From Paracoccaceae bacterium (GTDB lineage: Bacteria; Pseudomonadota; Alphaproteobacteria; Rhodobacterales; Rhodobacteraceae), in contig JANQPC010000107.1 in NCBI GenBank assembly GCA_028285485.1, forward strand, positions 784 through 64,783: a stretch of 64,000 nucleotides of DNA, read 5' to 3'. Shown here piece after piece: positions 1-8,841 of the stretch; positions within the stretch are counted from its first letter, which is position 1; each line of letters opens with the position of its first letter. The position numbers and the translations under genes were made by a program. The notes under the pieces are model-generated. The model did no database searches. It was not told the DNA's origin and was given only the letters and a program-made list of their open reading frames with translations.

Positions 1-1
1 C

Positions 2-1102
2 ACCCAGGACGAGATCGAAGCCTTCCGCGCCACGGCGCGGGCCGAGGGCCGCTCTACCCTCTTCCGCTCGCCCTGGCGCGATGCCGATCCGGCCACCCAT
101 CCCGAAGGCCAGCCGCATGTGATCCGCGTGAAGGCGCCGCGGGAGGGCGAGACGGTCATCGAAGATCAGGTGCAGGGCGCCGTGACGATCCGCAACGACC
201 AGCTTGACGACATGATCGTGCTGCGCTCGGACGGGACGCCCACCTACATGCTGGCCGTGGTGGTGGACGATCACGATATGGGGGTGACCCATGTGATCCG
301 GGGCGACGATCACCTCAACAACGCCGCGCGGCAGATGCTTGTCTACCGCGCCATGGGCTGGGAAGTGCCGGTCTGGGCCCATATCCCGCTGATCCATGGC
401 GAAGACGGCAAGAAGCTTTCCAAACGCCACGGGGCGCTCGGGGTCGAAGACTGGGCCGCCATGGGCTACCCCGCCGAAGCGATGCGCAATTACCTTGCGC
501 GGCTGGGCTGGGCACATGGTGACGACGAGGTGTTTTCCACCGCCCAGGCAGTGGAGTGGTTCGATCTGGGCGGAATCAAAAAGGCGCCCGCGCGATTTGA
601 TACAAAGAAACTCGATTTTATCTCGGGCCAGCATCTTTCCGCCATGGGCGACGCGGCGATCCTTGAAGGCATCGACGGTTATTTCGCAACTGCAGGAAAA
701 GCACCGTTGACGGCAGAGGCCCGCACGCGGCTTGGGGCTGCGATGTATTGCCTCAAGGATCGGGCCAAGCGATTCCCGGAACTCCTTGAAAAGGCGGAAT
801 TTGTTCTTACAAATCGGCCAATTTCGCCGGATGAGAAATCGGCCCGCGCGCTTGATACGGTATCCCGTGGTATACTGTCAGAATTGACGCCGCACCTGCA
901 AACTGCTACGTGGTCGCGCGACGCTTTGGAGGGCATCCTGACCGGTGAAGCCGAAGCGCGGGGGCTGAAATTCGGCCAGCTCGCGGGCCCTCTGAGGGCC
1001 GCGCTTGCGGGCCGCAGCGTAACGCCCAGTGTCTATGATATGATGCTGGTGCTGGGGCGCGAGGAAACCGTAGCCCGCATAAAGGACGCGGCCGAAAAAT
1101 GA
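2..1102 (+). CDS. gltX: Glutamyl-tRNA synthetase, C-terminal part (5' end lies outside the window)
   Basis: The frame is open from the window edge. It contains '[18 protein letters not shown]' and the KMSKS-type loop 'GKKLSKRHG', followed by an anticodon-binding-like tail. Confidence 0.9.
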   Translation, partial: TQDEIEAFRATARAEGRSTLFRSPWRDADPATHPEGQPHVIRVKAPREGETVIEDQVQGAVTIRNDQLDDMIVLRSDGTPTYMLAVVVDDHDMGVTHVIRGDDHLNNAARQMLVYRAMGWEVPVWAHIPLIHGEDGKKLSKRHGALGVEDWAAMGYPAEAMRNYLARLGWAHGDDEVFSTAQAVEWFDLGGIKKAPARFDTKKLDFISGQHLSAMGDAAILEGIDGYFATAGKAPLTAEARTRLGAAMYCLKDRAKRFPELLEKAEFVLTNRPISPDEKSARALDTVSRGILSELTPHLQTATWSRDALEGILTGEAEARGLKFGQLAGPLRAALAGRSVTPSVYDMMLVLGREETVARIKDAAEK

Positions 1103-1184
1103 TGCCGCGCGATCCCGCCCCTGCCCGGGGGTGGCCAAGACCCGGCGGGCCGCCCGGCCCCGCGAAAGGAAGGACCGCGACATC

Positions 1185-2489
1185 ATGCCTGACACGTTCC
1201 GTGAAACGAAAACCGCCAAGCTGAGCTTTGGCGAAACCGAATTGGAACTGCCGATCCTGAGCCCCACGGCGGGGCCCGATGTGATCGATATCCGCAAGCT
1301 CTATGCACAGGGGGATGTGTTTACCTACGACCCCGGCTTTACCTCGACGGCGGCCTGCGACAGCACGATCACCTTTATCGATGGCGATAAGGGCGAGCTT
1401 CTGCACCGTGGCTACCCGATCGATCAGCTTGCCGAGAAATCGCATTTCCTCGAAGTGTGCTACCTGCTGCTTTACGGCGAACTGCCCACCGCCGAACAGA
1501 TCGAGGATTTCGAGAACCGCGTCACCATGCACACGATGCTGCATGAGCAGATGCAGAATTTCTTCCGCGGGTTCCGGCGCGATGCGCATCCGATGGCGAT
1601 CATGGTGGGCGTTGTGGGCGCGATGTCGGCCTTCTATCCCGACTCGACCGATATCCACGATCCCTGGCAGCGCGAAGTGGCCTCGATCCGCCTGATCGCG
1701 AAGATGCCCACGATTGCCTCCTGGGCCTATAAGTATTCGATCGGTCAGCCCTTTGTGTATCCGCGCAACGATCTTGATTACGCCTCGAACTTCCTGCGCA
1801 TGTGCTTTGCGGTGCCTGCCGAGGATTATGAGGTGAACCCGATCCTTTCCCGCGCGATGGACCGGATCTTCACTCTGCACGCCGATCACGAGCAGAATGC
1901 CTCAACCTCCACGGTGCGGCTGGCCTCTTCCTCCGGCGCGAACCCCTTTGCCTGCATCGCGGCGGGCATTGCCTGCCTCTGGGGCCCGGCCCATGGCGGC
2001 GCGAACCAGGCGTGCCTGGAGATGCTGCGCGAGATCGGCACGCCCGACCGGATCCCCGAATTCATCGAACGCGCCAAGGATAAGAACGATCCCTTCCGCC
2101 TGATGGGCTTCGGCCACCGCGTGTATAAGAACTTCGATCCCCGCGCGCGGGTGATGAAGCAATCGGCCGATGAGGTGCTGGATCTGCTGGGTGTGGAAAA
2201 CAACCCCACGCTGCAGGTGGCCAAGGAGCTTGAGCGCGTGGCGCTTGAAGACCCCTACTTCAAGGAAAAGAAGCTCTACCCGAATGTGGATTTCTATTCC
2301 GGCATCATCCTCGATGCGATGGGCTTCCCGACCTCGATGTTCACCCCGATCTTTGCGCTGGCGCGCACGGTGGGCTGGATTTCGCAGTGGAAGGAAATGA
2401 TCGCCGATCCGCAGCTGAAAATCGGGCGCCCGCGCCAGCTTTATGTGGGCGAAACCTCGCGCGACTATATCGACGTTGAGAACCGCTGA
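1185..2489 (+). CDS. gltA: Citrate synthase (type II)
   Basis: 434 codons from the ATG at 1185, with an AAGGAAGGA SD upstream. Signature '[13 protein letters not shown]' and '[10 protein letters not shown]' are present. Confidence 0.93.
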   Translation: MPDTFRETKTAKLSFGETELELPILSPTAGPDVIDIRKLYAQGDVFTYDPGFTSTAACDSTITFIDGDKGELLHRGYPIDQLAEKSHFLEVCYLLLYGELPTAEQIEDFENRVTMHTMLHEQMQNFFRGFRRDAHPMAIMVGVVGAMSAFYPDSTDIHDPWQREVASIRLIAKMPTIASWAYKYSIGQPFVYPRNDLDYASNFLRMCFAVPAEDYEVNPILSRAMDRIFTLHADHEQNASTSTVRLASSSGANPFACIAAGIACLWGPAHGGANQACLEMLREIGTPDRIPEFIERAKDKNDPFRLMGFGHRVYKNFDPRARVMKQSADEVLDLLGVENNPTLQVAKELERVALEDPYFKEKKLYPNVDFYSGIILDAMGFPTSMFTPIFALARTVGWISQWKEMIADPQLKIGRPRQLYVGETSRDYIDVENR

Positions 2490-2519
2490 TCAGGCGGTAA
2501 TGATTGTGGCGCCGGGCAG

Positions 2520-3011
2520 ATGCTGCGCACTGCCCGGCTGACCCTGCGCCCGCCGCACGTCACCGATCTGGAAGATCTGCACGGCGTTTACGGCGATGCG
2601 CGCGCGATGCGCTATTGGTCCACCCCGCCGCACGCCGATCTGGCGGAAACCGAGCGCTGGCTTCAGGGCGTGATCGCGGCCACGGGCGCGGCGCCGAAAT
2701 ATCTTGTGATCGAACATGACGGGCGCGCCATCGGCACGGCAGGTATTCACGAGGGCGCCGAGATCGGCTTTATCCTGCATGCCGATTTCTGGCGCCGGGG
2801 GCTGATGCGCGAGGCGCTTGAGGCGCTGATACCGTATCTTTTCGATGTGACGGGGGCCGAGGCGCTGACGGCAGATGCCGATCCGCTCAACGCTGCCTCC
2901 ATCGCGCTGATGACGGCGCTGGGGTTTGAGGAAACGGGGCGCGCCGAGCGCACGTTTTTCATCAATGGCGCCTGGGCGGACAGCGTGTATCTGCGCCTGC
3001 CGCGCCCGTGA
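2520..3011 (+). CDS. GNAT family N-acetyltransferase (RimJ/RimL-like)
   Basis: 163 aa with a typical 'LRTARLTLRP' N-terminus and an acetyl-CoA-binding-like 'WRRGLMREALEAL' segment. Confidence 0.7.
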   Translation: MLRTARLTLRPPHVTDLEDLHGVYGDARAMRYWSTPPHADLAETERWLQGVIAATGAAPKYLVIEHDGRAIGTAGIHEGAEIGFILHADFWRRGLMREALEALIPYLFDVTGAEALTADADPLNAASIALMTALGFEETGRAERTFFINGAWADSVYLRLPRP

Positions 3012-3039
3012 GCCCCGCGTTTTCGCCGGACATGTCGCC

Positions 3040-3816
3040 TTAGCGGCCTTCGTAACGCGCCGGGCGCTTTTCCATGAAGGCGATCACACCTTCCTTGAAG
3101 TCGCGCGTCTTGCCGCAGCGGCCCTGCAGCTTGGCCTCCAGCAGAAGCTGGGCTTCGAGATCGTTGCCGAAGCTGGCCCGAAGCGCCTCTTTCACCGCGC
3201 CATAGGCCACTGTGGGGCCCTGGGCGAGATCGGCGGCGCGCGCCTTCCAATGGCCGTCGAATTCGGCCTCGGCCACCGCCTCCCAGATCATCCCCCAGTC
3301 AGACGCCTGGCGGGCGGTGATCTTCTCGGCAAAGAGCGCCGCGCCCATCGCCTTGGCAAAGCCGATCTGGCGGGGCAGCCAATAGGTGCCGCCGGCATCG
3401 GGGATCAGGCCGATGCGGGTGAACGCCTGGAGAAATACCGCCGTTTCCGAAGCGATCACGACATCTGCTGCAAGCGCCAGGTTTGCCCCGGCCCCGGCAG
3501 CCGCGCCATTGACGGCGGCAATCGTGGGCACCGGGCAATCGAAGATCGCGCGCAGCATCGGCACGTATTCATCCCGGAGCGTGCGTTCGAGATCGAGATC
3601 GGCGGCGGTGGCGCGATCTCCCAGATCCTGGCCCGAGCAGAAGGCCCGGCCCGCGCCGGTGAGCACCACCACCCGCGCCGCCTGCCCGCCGGCCTGCACC
3701 GCATGGGTGATCTCGGCCCGCATCTGGGTGTTGAGTGCGTTCATCACATCGGGGCGGTTCAGCGTAACCGTCGCGATATCATTGGCCAACGAGTAGCGGA
3801 TCGTCTGATAGTCCAT
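3040..3816 (-). CDS. Enoyl-CoA hydratase/isomerase family protein (PaaG-like)
   Basis: Crotonase motifs 'VTLNRPDVMNALN', 'VVLTGAGRAFCSGQDL' and 'AAVNGAAAGAGANLALAADV'. An AGGAG SD lies 8 nt before the ATG at 3816. Confidence 0.8.
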   Translation of the reverse strand: MDYQTIRYSLANDIATVTLNRPDVMNALNTQMRAEITHAVQAGGQAARVVVLTGAGRAFCSGQDLGDRATAADLDLERTLRDEYVPMLRAIFDCPVPTIAAVNGAAAGAGANLALAADVVIASETAVFLQAFTRIGLIPDAGGTYWLPRQIGFAKAMGAALFAEKITARQASDWGMIWEAVAEAEFDGHWKARAADLAQGPTVAYGAVKEALRASFGNDLEAQLLLEAKLQGRCGKTRDFKEGVIAFMEKRPARYEGR

Positions 3817-3915
3817 CTGCGGGATCTCCTGAGCTTGCCCCGCCATAGCTGAACTGTTCGGTTTAGAAAAGGGGCGTTTCGCGGGCCACTGGCCCAGCGA
3901 AGGACGGGCGGCGTG

Positions 3916-4371
3916 TTAGTCTTTCAGCAGTTCGGCCACCCGCGCCTTCTCTTCCTCGCTCAGGCCCTCGGGCGCGGCGGGTTTGGCGCGGCCGCGCAGG
4001 TAGGCGAAGGCGATGCCCGCGCCGAGAAGCAGCATCGCCGGTGCGGCGAGCCAGAGCGCAAGGTTCGCGCCGCTCAGCGTGGGGCGGAGGAGCACATATT
4101 CCCCGTAGCGCTCTACCAGAAAGCCGATCACCTCTTCATCGCTGTCGCCCGCCACCAGCCGTTCGCGCACTAGAAGGCGCATATCGCGGGCCAGATCGGC
4201 GTTCGATTCATCGATGGATTCGTTGCGGCACACCAGGCAGCGCAGGCCCTCGGAGAGTGCGCGCGCGCGCTCTTCCAGCACCGGATCGGCCAACACTTCA
4301 TCGGGCTCTACCGCGCCCGCGGGCGCAAGAGCCGCGAGGATCAGCGCGCAGGCAAGGGCGATGGCCCTCAT
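3916..4371 (-). CDS. ccmH: Cytochrome c-type biogenesis protein CcmH/CycL
   Basis: Signal peptide plus the 'LRCLVCRNESIDESNADLARDMR' CXXC motif. It overlaps the ccmF stop by 4 nt. Confidence 0.85.
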   Translation of the reverse strand: MRAIALACALILAALAPAGAVEPDEVLADPVLEERARALSEGLRCLVCRNESIDESNADLARDMRLLVRERLVAGDSDEEVIGFLVERYGEYVLLRPTLSGANLALWLAAPAMLLLGAGIAFAYLRGRAKPAAPEGLSEEEKARVAELLKD

Positions 4372-6344
4372 TCCGCCGGCACCGGCTTGGCAGCGCGGGC
4401 CTTGCGCGCGCCCGCAGCCACGCGGAAGCGCCTGTCCGTCAGGCTCAGAACGCCGCCCAGCGCCATGATGATCGCGCCCGCCCAGATCCAGTTGGCATAG
4501 GGCTTGATGAAGGTGCGCACGGCCCAGCCGCCGCCCTCCTGCGGATCGCCGATCACCACGTAGACATCCCGGGTGACGCCATTGTTGATCGCGGCCTCGG
4601 TGGTGGGCATGCCCGCCACGGGGTAGATGCGCTTTTCGGGGCGCAGGCGTTCGAGCGGCGTGCCGTTATCGATCACATCGATCTCGGCCATGGTGGAGAT
4701 GTAGTTGGGCCCCTCCACCTCTTTCACATCCACGAGCGTGACCTCGTAATTGCCCACCTGGTAGCGATCGCCGATCTGGGCCACGCGGATATCCTCGATC
4801 TCCCACGCCGTCAGCGCGGCAACGCCCCAGATCGTGATCCCGAAACCGATATGGCCCACCGCCTTGCCCCAATCGGCGCGCGGCAGGTTCTTCAGGCGCC
4901 GGGCCTTGGAGGCAAGATCGCCCCGCCCCGTGCGCTGCCACAGGTCAACGAGCGCGCCCATCACGAGCCAGGCGGCGAGGATCGCGCCGATGGGCGCAAG
5001 GATGGTGCGGCCGGTCTGCAGCGTCCACACCAGCGCGCCCGCGGCGAGGGCCAGCACCAGAACGCCCCAAAGCGGCTGCATCGCGCGATCGATGCGCGCG
5101 CGTTTCCACGGCATCAGCGCGCCGACGGGCAGGATCACGGCCAGCGCCACCATGAAGGGGGTGAAGGCCATATCGAAGAACGGGGGGCCGACGGAAAGCT
5201 TCCTATCAAACAGCATTTCGGCCACGAGCGGCCAGATCGTTCCGATGAAGACGACGAAGGTGGCCACGGCGAGAAGCACGTTATTGGCCACCAGCGCACC
5301 CTCGCGGCTGACCACGCCGAACACCCCCTTGGCCTGCAATGCGCCGGCGCGGGCGGCAAAGAGCGTGAGCGCCCCGCCGGTGAAGATACCGGTGATCGCC
5401 AGCAGGTAGACGCCGCGTTCGGGATCATTGGCGAAGGCGTGGACCGATGTCAGGATGCCCGAGCGCACGATGAAGGCGCCCAGAAGCGAGAAGCCGAAGG
5501 CGAGGATGGCCAGAAGGATCGTCCAGCTTTTCAGAGCCTCGCGCTTTTCCACCACGATGGCCGAATGCAGCAGCGCTGCGGCCAGAAGCCAGGGCATGAA
5601 GGAGGCATTTTCTACGGGGTCCCAGAACCAGAAGCCGCCCCAGCCCAGCTCGTAATAAGCCCACCAGGAACCGAGCGCGATGCCGATGGTGAGGTTGAGC
5701 CAGGCCAGCAGCGTCCACGGCCGGACCCAGCGGCCCCAGGCGGCATCGACGCGGCCCTCGATGAGGGCGGCGACGGCAAAGCTGAACGAGATCGAAAGCC
5801 CAACATAGCCGATGTAGAGAAATGGCGGGTGGAAGGCGAGGCCCGGGTCTTGCAGAAGCGGGTTCAGATCCTGCCCGTCAAACGGCGGAACTTCGAGGCG
5901 CAGGAACGGGTTCGAGGTGAAGATCAGGAACGCAAGGAAGGCCACGCCGATGGCGCCCTGCACGGCGATCACGCGCGCGCGCAGTTTCGGCGGCAGATTG
6001 GCCCCGAACCAGGCCACCATCGCGCCGAAAAGCGCCAGGATCAGCACCCATAGAAGCATCGAGCCCTCGTGGTTCCCCCAAACGCCGGTAACCTTGTAGA
6101 GCATCGGCTTCAGCGTGTGCGAATTCAGCACCACGAGCCGGAGCGAGAAATCGGAGGTGACGAAGGCGTAGGTGAGCGCCGTGAAGGAGAAGGCGAGCAG
6201 CAGAAACTGTGTGGTCGCCGCCGGTTCGCCCATGGCCATCCAGCCGCGCCAGCCGCGATGGGCGCCAATCAGGGGCACCACCATCTGCACGCAGGCGATA
6301 GCAAAGGCGAGGATCAGGGCGAAATGGCCAAGCTCAACGATCAT
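4368..6344 (-). CDS. ccmF: Haem lyase subunit CcmF
   Basis: 658-aa polytopic protein with the WWD motif 'WGGFWFWDPVENASFMPW'. Confidence 0.9.
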   Translation of the reverse strand: MIVELGHFALILAFAIACVQMVVPLIGAHRGWRGWMAMGEPAATTQFLLLAFSFTALTYAFVTSDFSLRLVVLNSHTLKPMLYKVTGVWGNHEGSMLLWVLILALFGAMVAWFGANLPPKLRARVIAVQGAIGVAFLAFLIFTSNPFLRLEVPPFDGQDLNPLLQDPGLAFHPPFLYIGYVGLSISFSFAVAALIEGRVDAAWGRWVRPWTLLAWLNLTIGIALGSWWAYYELGWGGFWFWDPVENASFMPWLLAAALLHSAIVVEKREALKSWTILLAILAFGFSLLGAFIVRSGILTSVHAFANDPERGVYLLAITGIFTGGALTLFAARAGALQAKGVFGVVSREGALVANNVLLAVATFVVFIGTIWPLVAEMLFDRKLSVGPPFFDMAFTPFMVALAVILPVGALMPWKRARIDRAMQPLWGVLVLALAAGALVWTLQTGRTILAPIGAILAAWLVMGALVDLWQRTGRGDLASKARRLKNLPRADWGKAVGHIGFGITIWGVAALTAWEIEDIRVAQIGDRYQVGNYEVTLVDVKEVEGPNYISTMAEIDVIDNGTPLERLRPEKRIYPVAGMPTTEAAINNGVTRDVYVVIGDPQEGGGWAVRTFIKPYANWIWAGAIIMALGGVLSLTDRRFRVAAGARKARAAKPVPAE

Positions 6345-6420
6345 GGGGCAAAATTAGCCCCTCGATGCGCCCCCGCCAAGGGCTGCGCGCCTTGGTCGCG
6401 CGCTCGTGACGCGGGTGGCG

Positions 6421-6843
6421 CTACATGGCGTGAACAACCGCAAGAACCCCGGCAAATCCGGCCGCCCCCGGCAGGATCACAAGCCAGGCATTCAGCCCCA
6501 TGGAGCGGTGCATCACGATCACATGCATCACCGCCCCGGCGCAGTAGAGGGCGAGAAACGCAAACAGCCCTGCGTGCTTCATCATGAAGGCGGGCTGGTG
6601 CAGCACCTGGTAGAGCCACCACCAGCCCAGCACGCTTGCCGCCCCCGCCCAACTGAACGACATACCCAGCGCCAGGGGCGTGGCCCGCCGGCGCCAGAGC
6701 CAGTAGAAGGTGCCCGAGATCATCACGGCCATCACCGTGATCATCCCGTAGGCAATCGCATAGGTTTTCGCGTATCCAAGGGTGGCGTTCAGGGCAAAGA
6801 AGGCCGCCCCGATCGCCATGAGCAGCGCCAGCGCCTGTTTCAT
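6421..6843 (-). CDS. Hypothetical multi-pass membrane protein, last ORF of the holin-linked chain
   Basis: 140 aa with 4-5 hydrophobic segments. Its ATG overlaps the stop of the upstream 45-codon ORF (ATGA at 6840-6843). Confidence 0.5.
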   Translation of the reverse strand: MKQALALLMAIGAAFFALNATLGYAKTYAIAYGMITVMAVMISGTFYWLWRRRATPLALGMSFSWAGAASVLGWWWLYQVLHQPAFMMKHAGLFAFLALYCAGAVMHVIVMHRSMGLNAWLVILPGAAGFAGVLAVVHAM

Positions 6844-6977
6844 TTTCGAAGTACCTCTCGCACCGCGGCATCCAGGCGGGAGGCCGCATCATGATTGCGC
6901 CGAAGCGCCCTGTGCAGGCGGGCGCCAAGGGCCCAGCCCGCCCACCAGCCCGCGATCCTGCCAACGAGGCCCCGCAT
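6840..6977 (-). CDS. Candidate 45-aa small protein (MRGLVGRIAGWWAGWALGARLHRALRRNHDAASRLDAAVREVLRK)
   Basis: Not listed in the ORF track (under 60 aa). Its ATG is 1 nt after the TAA of the 59-aa ORF (TAAcATG) and its TGA overlaps the next ATG (ATGA). Third codon positions are G/C-rich and a GGGGGG SD-like run lies upstream. Confidence 0.35.
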   Translation of the reverse strand: MRGLVGRIAGWWAGWALGARLHRALRRNHDAASRLDAAVREVLRK

Positions 6978-6978
6978 G

Positions 6979-7158
6979 TTAGCCCCCCGCAAGCGGCAGG
7001 CGTTCGCGGATGATCGTAGTCAGCTCGATCAGGATCGCGGTGTTCTTATCGATCAGCGCGCGGGTGGCCTTGTCTTTCTCGATATCCCGGTAAAGCAGGA
7101 AGAAGACGAGGATCACCCACGGCCCGTGTTCCGACAGCGTTCGGAAGACCAGATCACT
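6979..7158 (-). CDS. Candidate 59-aa single-TM protein translationally coupled to the holin
   Basis: The GTG at 7158 overlaps the holin TGA (GTGA) and a GGGAG SD lies 7 nt upstream. It has one hydrophobic helix 'GPWVILVFFLLY' followed by a charged tail. The track hides it inside a longer 165-aa ORF. Confidence 0.5.
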   Translation of the reverse strand, partial: SDLVFRTLSEHGPWVILVFFLLYRDIEKDKATRALIDKNTAILIELTTIIRERLPLAGG

Positions 7159-7666
7159 CACGGCCGCGCTCCCAGTCGGCCAGGGCGGCGTTGTCCTCGA
7201 AAGCACCTGCCGGTTCCTCCGCACGCATCTCGCGCGCGGCCTGCCGGGTCTGGCCAAGCGAGGCCATGAGCGCCTTCTGGTATTCATGGCCCTTCGCCTG
7301 GTGGCGGGCGCCGAAGTAGAACGACACGATCGCGCCCAGCAGCCACCAGAGCGGTTCGGGCACCAGCGCGATCCCTTCCATCCGCGCCGCAAACCAGAGC
7401 GGATCGACCATGGCAGAGACGAAGAGCGCCAGCGTGCCCAGCGCAAGCGCAGGCCGCGGCAGCCGGTTGATCCCATCCATCAGCCTGTCAAACACCCCGC
7501 GGCGGGGCACGGCGAATTCGGCGGCAAACTGGGCAAGCGAGGCGCCCGCGAGATCGGCCTCGCGCCGGGCGCGGCCCTCGGCATTTTCGCGAAACACCTC
7601 GGCGGTTTCGCGGATCACATTGCCGCCGCCGAAGACGAGGTTCAGAAGCCGTTCGATCATGCTCAT
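7154..7666 (-). CDS. Holin of the 3-TM 'gene-transfer release' family (GTA-type holin)
   Basis: Starts 'MSMIERLLNLVFGGG...' and contains 'GVFDRLMDGINRLPRPALALGTLALFVSAMVDP...EPLWWLLGAIVSFYFGAR', which is typical of the family. It begins 4 nt after the endolysin stop. Confidence 0.7.
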   Translation of the reverse strand: MSMIERLLNLVFGGGNVIRETAEVFRENAEGRARREADLAGASLAQFAAEFAVPRRGVFDRLMDGINRLPRPALALGTLALFVSAMVDPLWFAARMEGIALVPEPLWWLLGAIVSFYFGARHQAKGHEYQKALMASLGQTRQAAREMRAEEPAGAFEDNAALADWERGRE

Positions 7667-7670
7667 CCCC

Positions 7671-8282
7671 CTACCCCCAGGCCGCCACGCCCGCCCGGTG
7701 CTGAGCGGCAGTGAGGTGGTATTTCTCGGATAGAAAGCTTTCGGCGCGCAGGATCCAGCCGCCTTTGCCGCCATCGCGGCGGCGGGCGTATTTGCGCGAG
7801 GCAGGCCGCCTGTCGGCCAGCGCATAATAGTAGTTGCGCCGCGCAATCGCATAGGCATCGGCGATATGGGCGGGGGCCCGGCGGGCGGCGCGGCGGGCGG
7901 CGGCCGCGGTTTGCGGCCCGATCGCGCCATCCACCGCGATCGCCTCGCCCATCCGGTTCAGCAGCCGCTGGAGAATGCGCACGGCATTGGCGCCTGCGTT
8001 CACCTGCATGTCGAACACGCTTGCGCGCAGCATCTCGGGCAGCGCATCGATGCCCGGGGCATAGTAGTATTCGGCCAGGAAGATATCGCGGGCGCTGCGG
8101 CGGCTGAGCCTGCGCACATCGTGGATGTCCACGCGCCCGTCGCCCGTGATATCCTGCTTGAGGCGTTTCAATGTTCCCAGGGTGACGCCCCATTTGGTGG
8201 GCCCGCCCGGATCATCGGGATCGTTCACATAGCCGCCCTCGCGGGCGACGATCTCATCGGCAATCTCGGTTATGCTCACCAT
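7671..8282 (-). CDS. Endolysin: glycoside hydrolase family 108 N-terminal domain plus PG_binding_3 peptidoglycan-binding domain
   Basis: 'EGGYVNDPDDPGGPTKWGVT' is the GH108 signature, and the C-terminal 'VDGAIGPQT' is a PG-binding motif. 203 aa. Confidence 0.8.
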   Translation of the reverse strand: MVSITEIADEIVAREGGYVNDPDDPGGPTKWGVTLGTLKRLKQDITGDGRVDIHDVRRLSRRSARDIFLAEYYYAPGIDALPEMLRASVFDMQVNAGANAVRILQRLLNRMGEAIAVDGAIGPQTAAAARRAARRAPAHIADAYAIARRNYYYALADRRPASRKYARRRDGGKGGWILRAESFLSEKYHLTAAQHRAGVAAWG

Positions 8283-8334
8283 TCCCCCACGCGCCCCGCA
8301 TCACGCCATTGGATGCCGCGCAGGGTTTGGGGAA

Positions 8335-8342
8335 ATGGTTAA
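8335..8342 (-). promoter_or_regulatory. Candidate CtrA half-site TTAACCAT upstream of the endolysin gene
   Basis: Exact 8-mer TTAACCAT on the minus strand, 53-60 nt upstream of the endolysin ATG and overlapping the ccmE stop codon. Confidence 0.3.
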
Positions 8343-8818
8343 TTCGTCGGTAGCGAACCGTTCGCTTGCGTGGCGGGATCCACATAGACGCCCTGTTCCT
8401 TCAGCGCGTCGATCACCTCGGTGGGCATATAGGTTTCATCGTGGCGGGCGAGGATTTCGCTGGCCTCGAACACGCCATCTACCATCCGGCCCGTGCCCAC
8501 CATGCCTTCGCCCTCGCCAAAGAGATCGGGCAGCACGCCGGTATAGGCCACCGGCACTGAGGCGCCGCCATCGGTGACGTTGAAGGTGATGGTTTCGCCC
8601 TGCCCGCGCACGAGCGTTCCTTCCTCGACAAGCCCGCCGATGCGGAAGGTTTCGCCCGCGGGCGGCGCGGCCTCGGCCACCTGGCTCGGGGTGCGGAAGA
8701 AGTTGATGCCGTCGCGCATGGCATAGCCGATGAGCCCGGTTGCGAGGATCAGCGCCACCGCCGCCAGCGCCACAACCTGGATGCGGCGCTGCTTCTTGAG
8801 CCCTTTCAAACCCGCCAT
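8339..8818 (-). CDS. ccmE: Haem chaperone CcmE
   Basis: N-terminal membrane anchor, an OB-fold body and the haem-binding 'LARHDETYMP' motif. Confidence 0.9.
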   Translation of the reverse strand: MAGLKGLKKQRRIQVVALAAVALILATGLIGYAMRDGINFFRTPSQVAEAAPPAGETFRIGGLVEEGTLVRGQGETITFNVTDGGASVPVAYTGVLPDLFGEGEGMVGTGRMVDGVFEASEILARHDETYMPTEVIDALKEQGVYVDPATQANGSLPTN

Positions 8819-8841
8819 GGCACTCCTCTTACAGGCCCACT

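Noticed and set aside
4041-6053. Very long ORFs antisense to or overlapping recognisable genes. Examples: 4041-6053 +, 906-1889 -, 13224-15257 +, 18050-19399 -, 42705-43802 -, 55227-57257 -, 52731-53873 -.
   Set aside because: Their translations are low-complexity Arg/Ala/Gly/Pro/His-rich with no motifs. Each lies opposite a gene with clear family signatures. Stop-codon depletion in high-GC DNA explains them.
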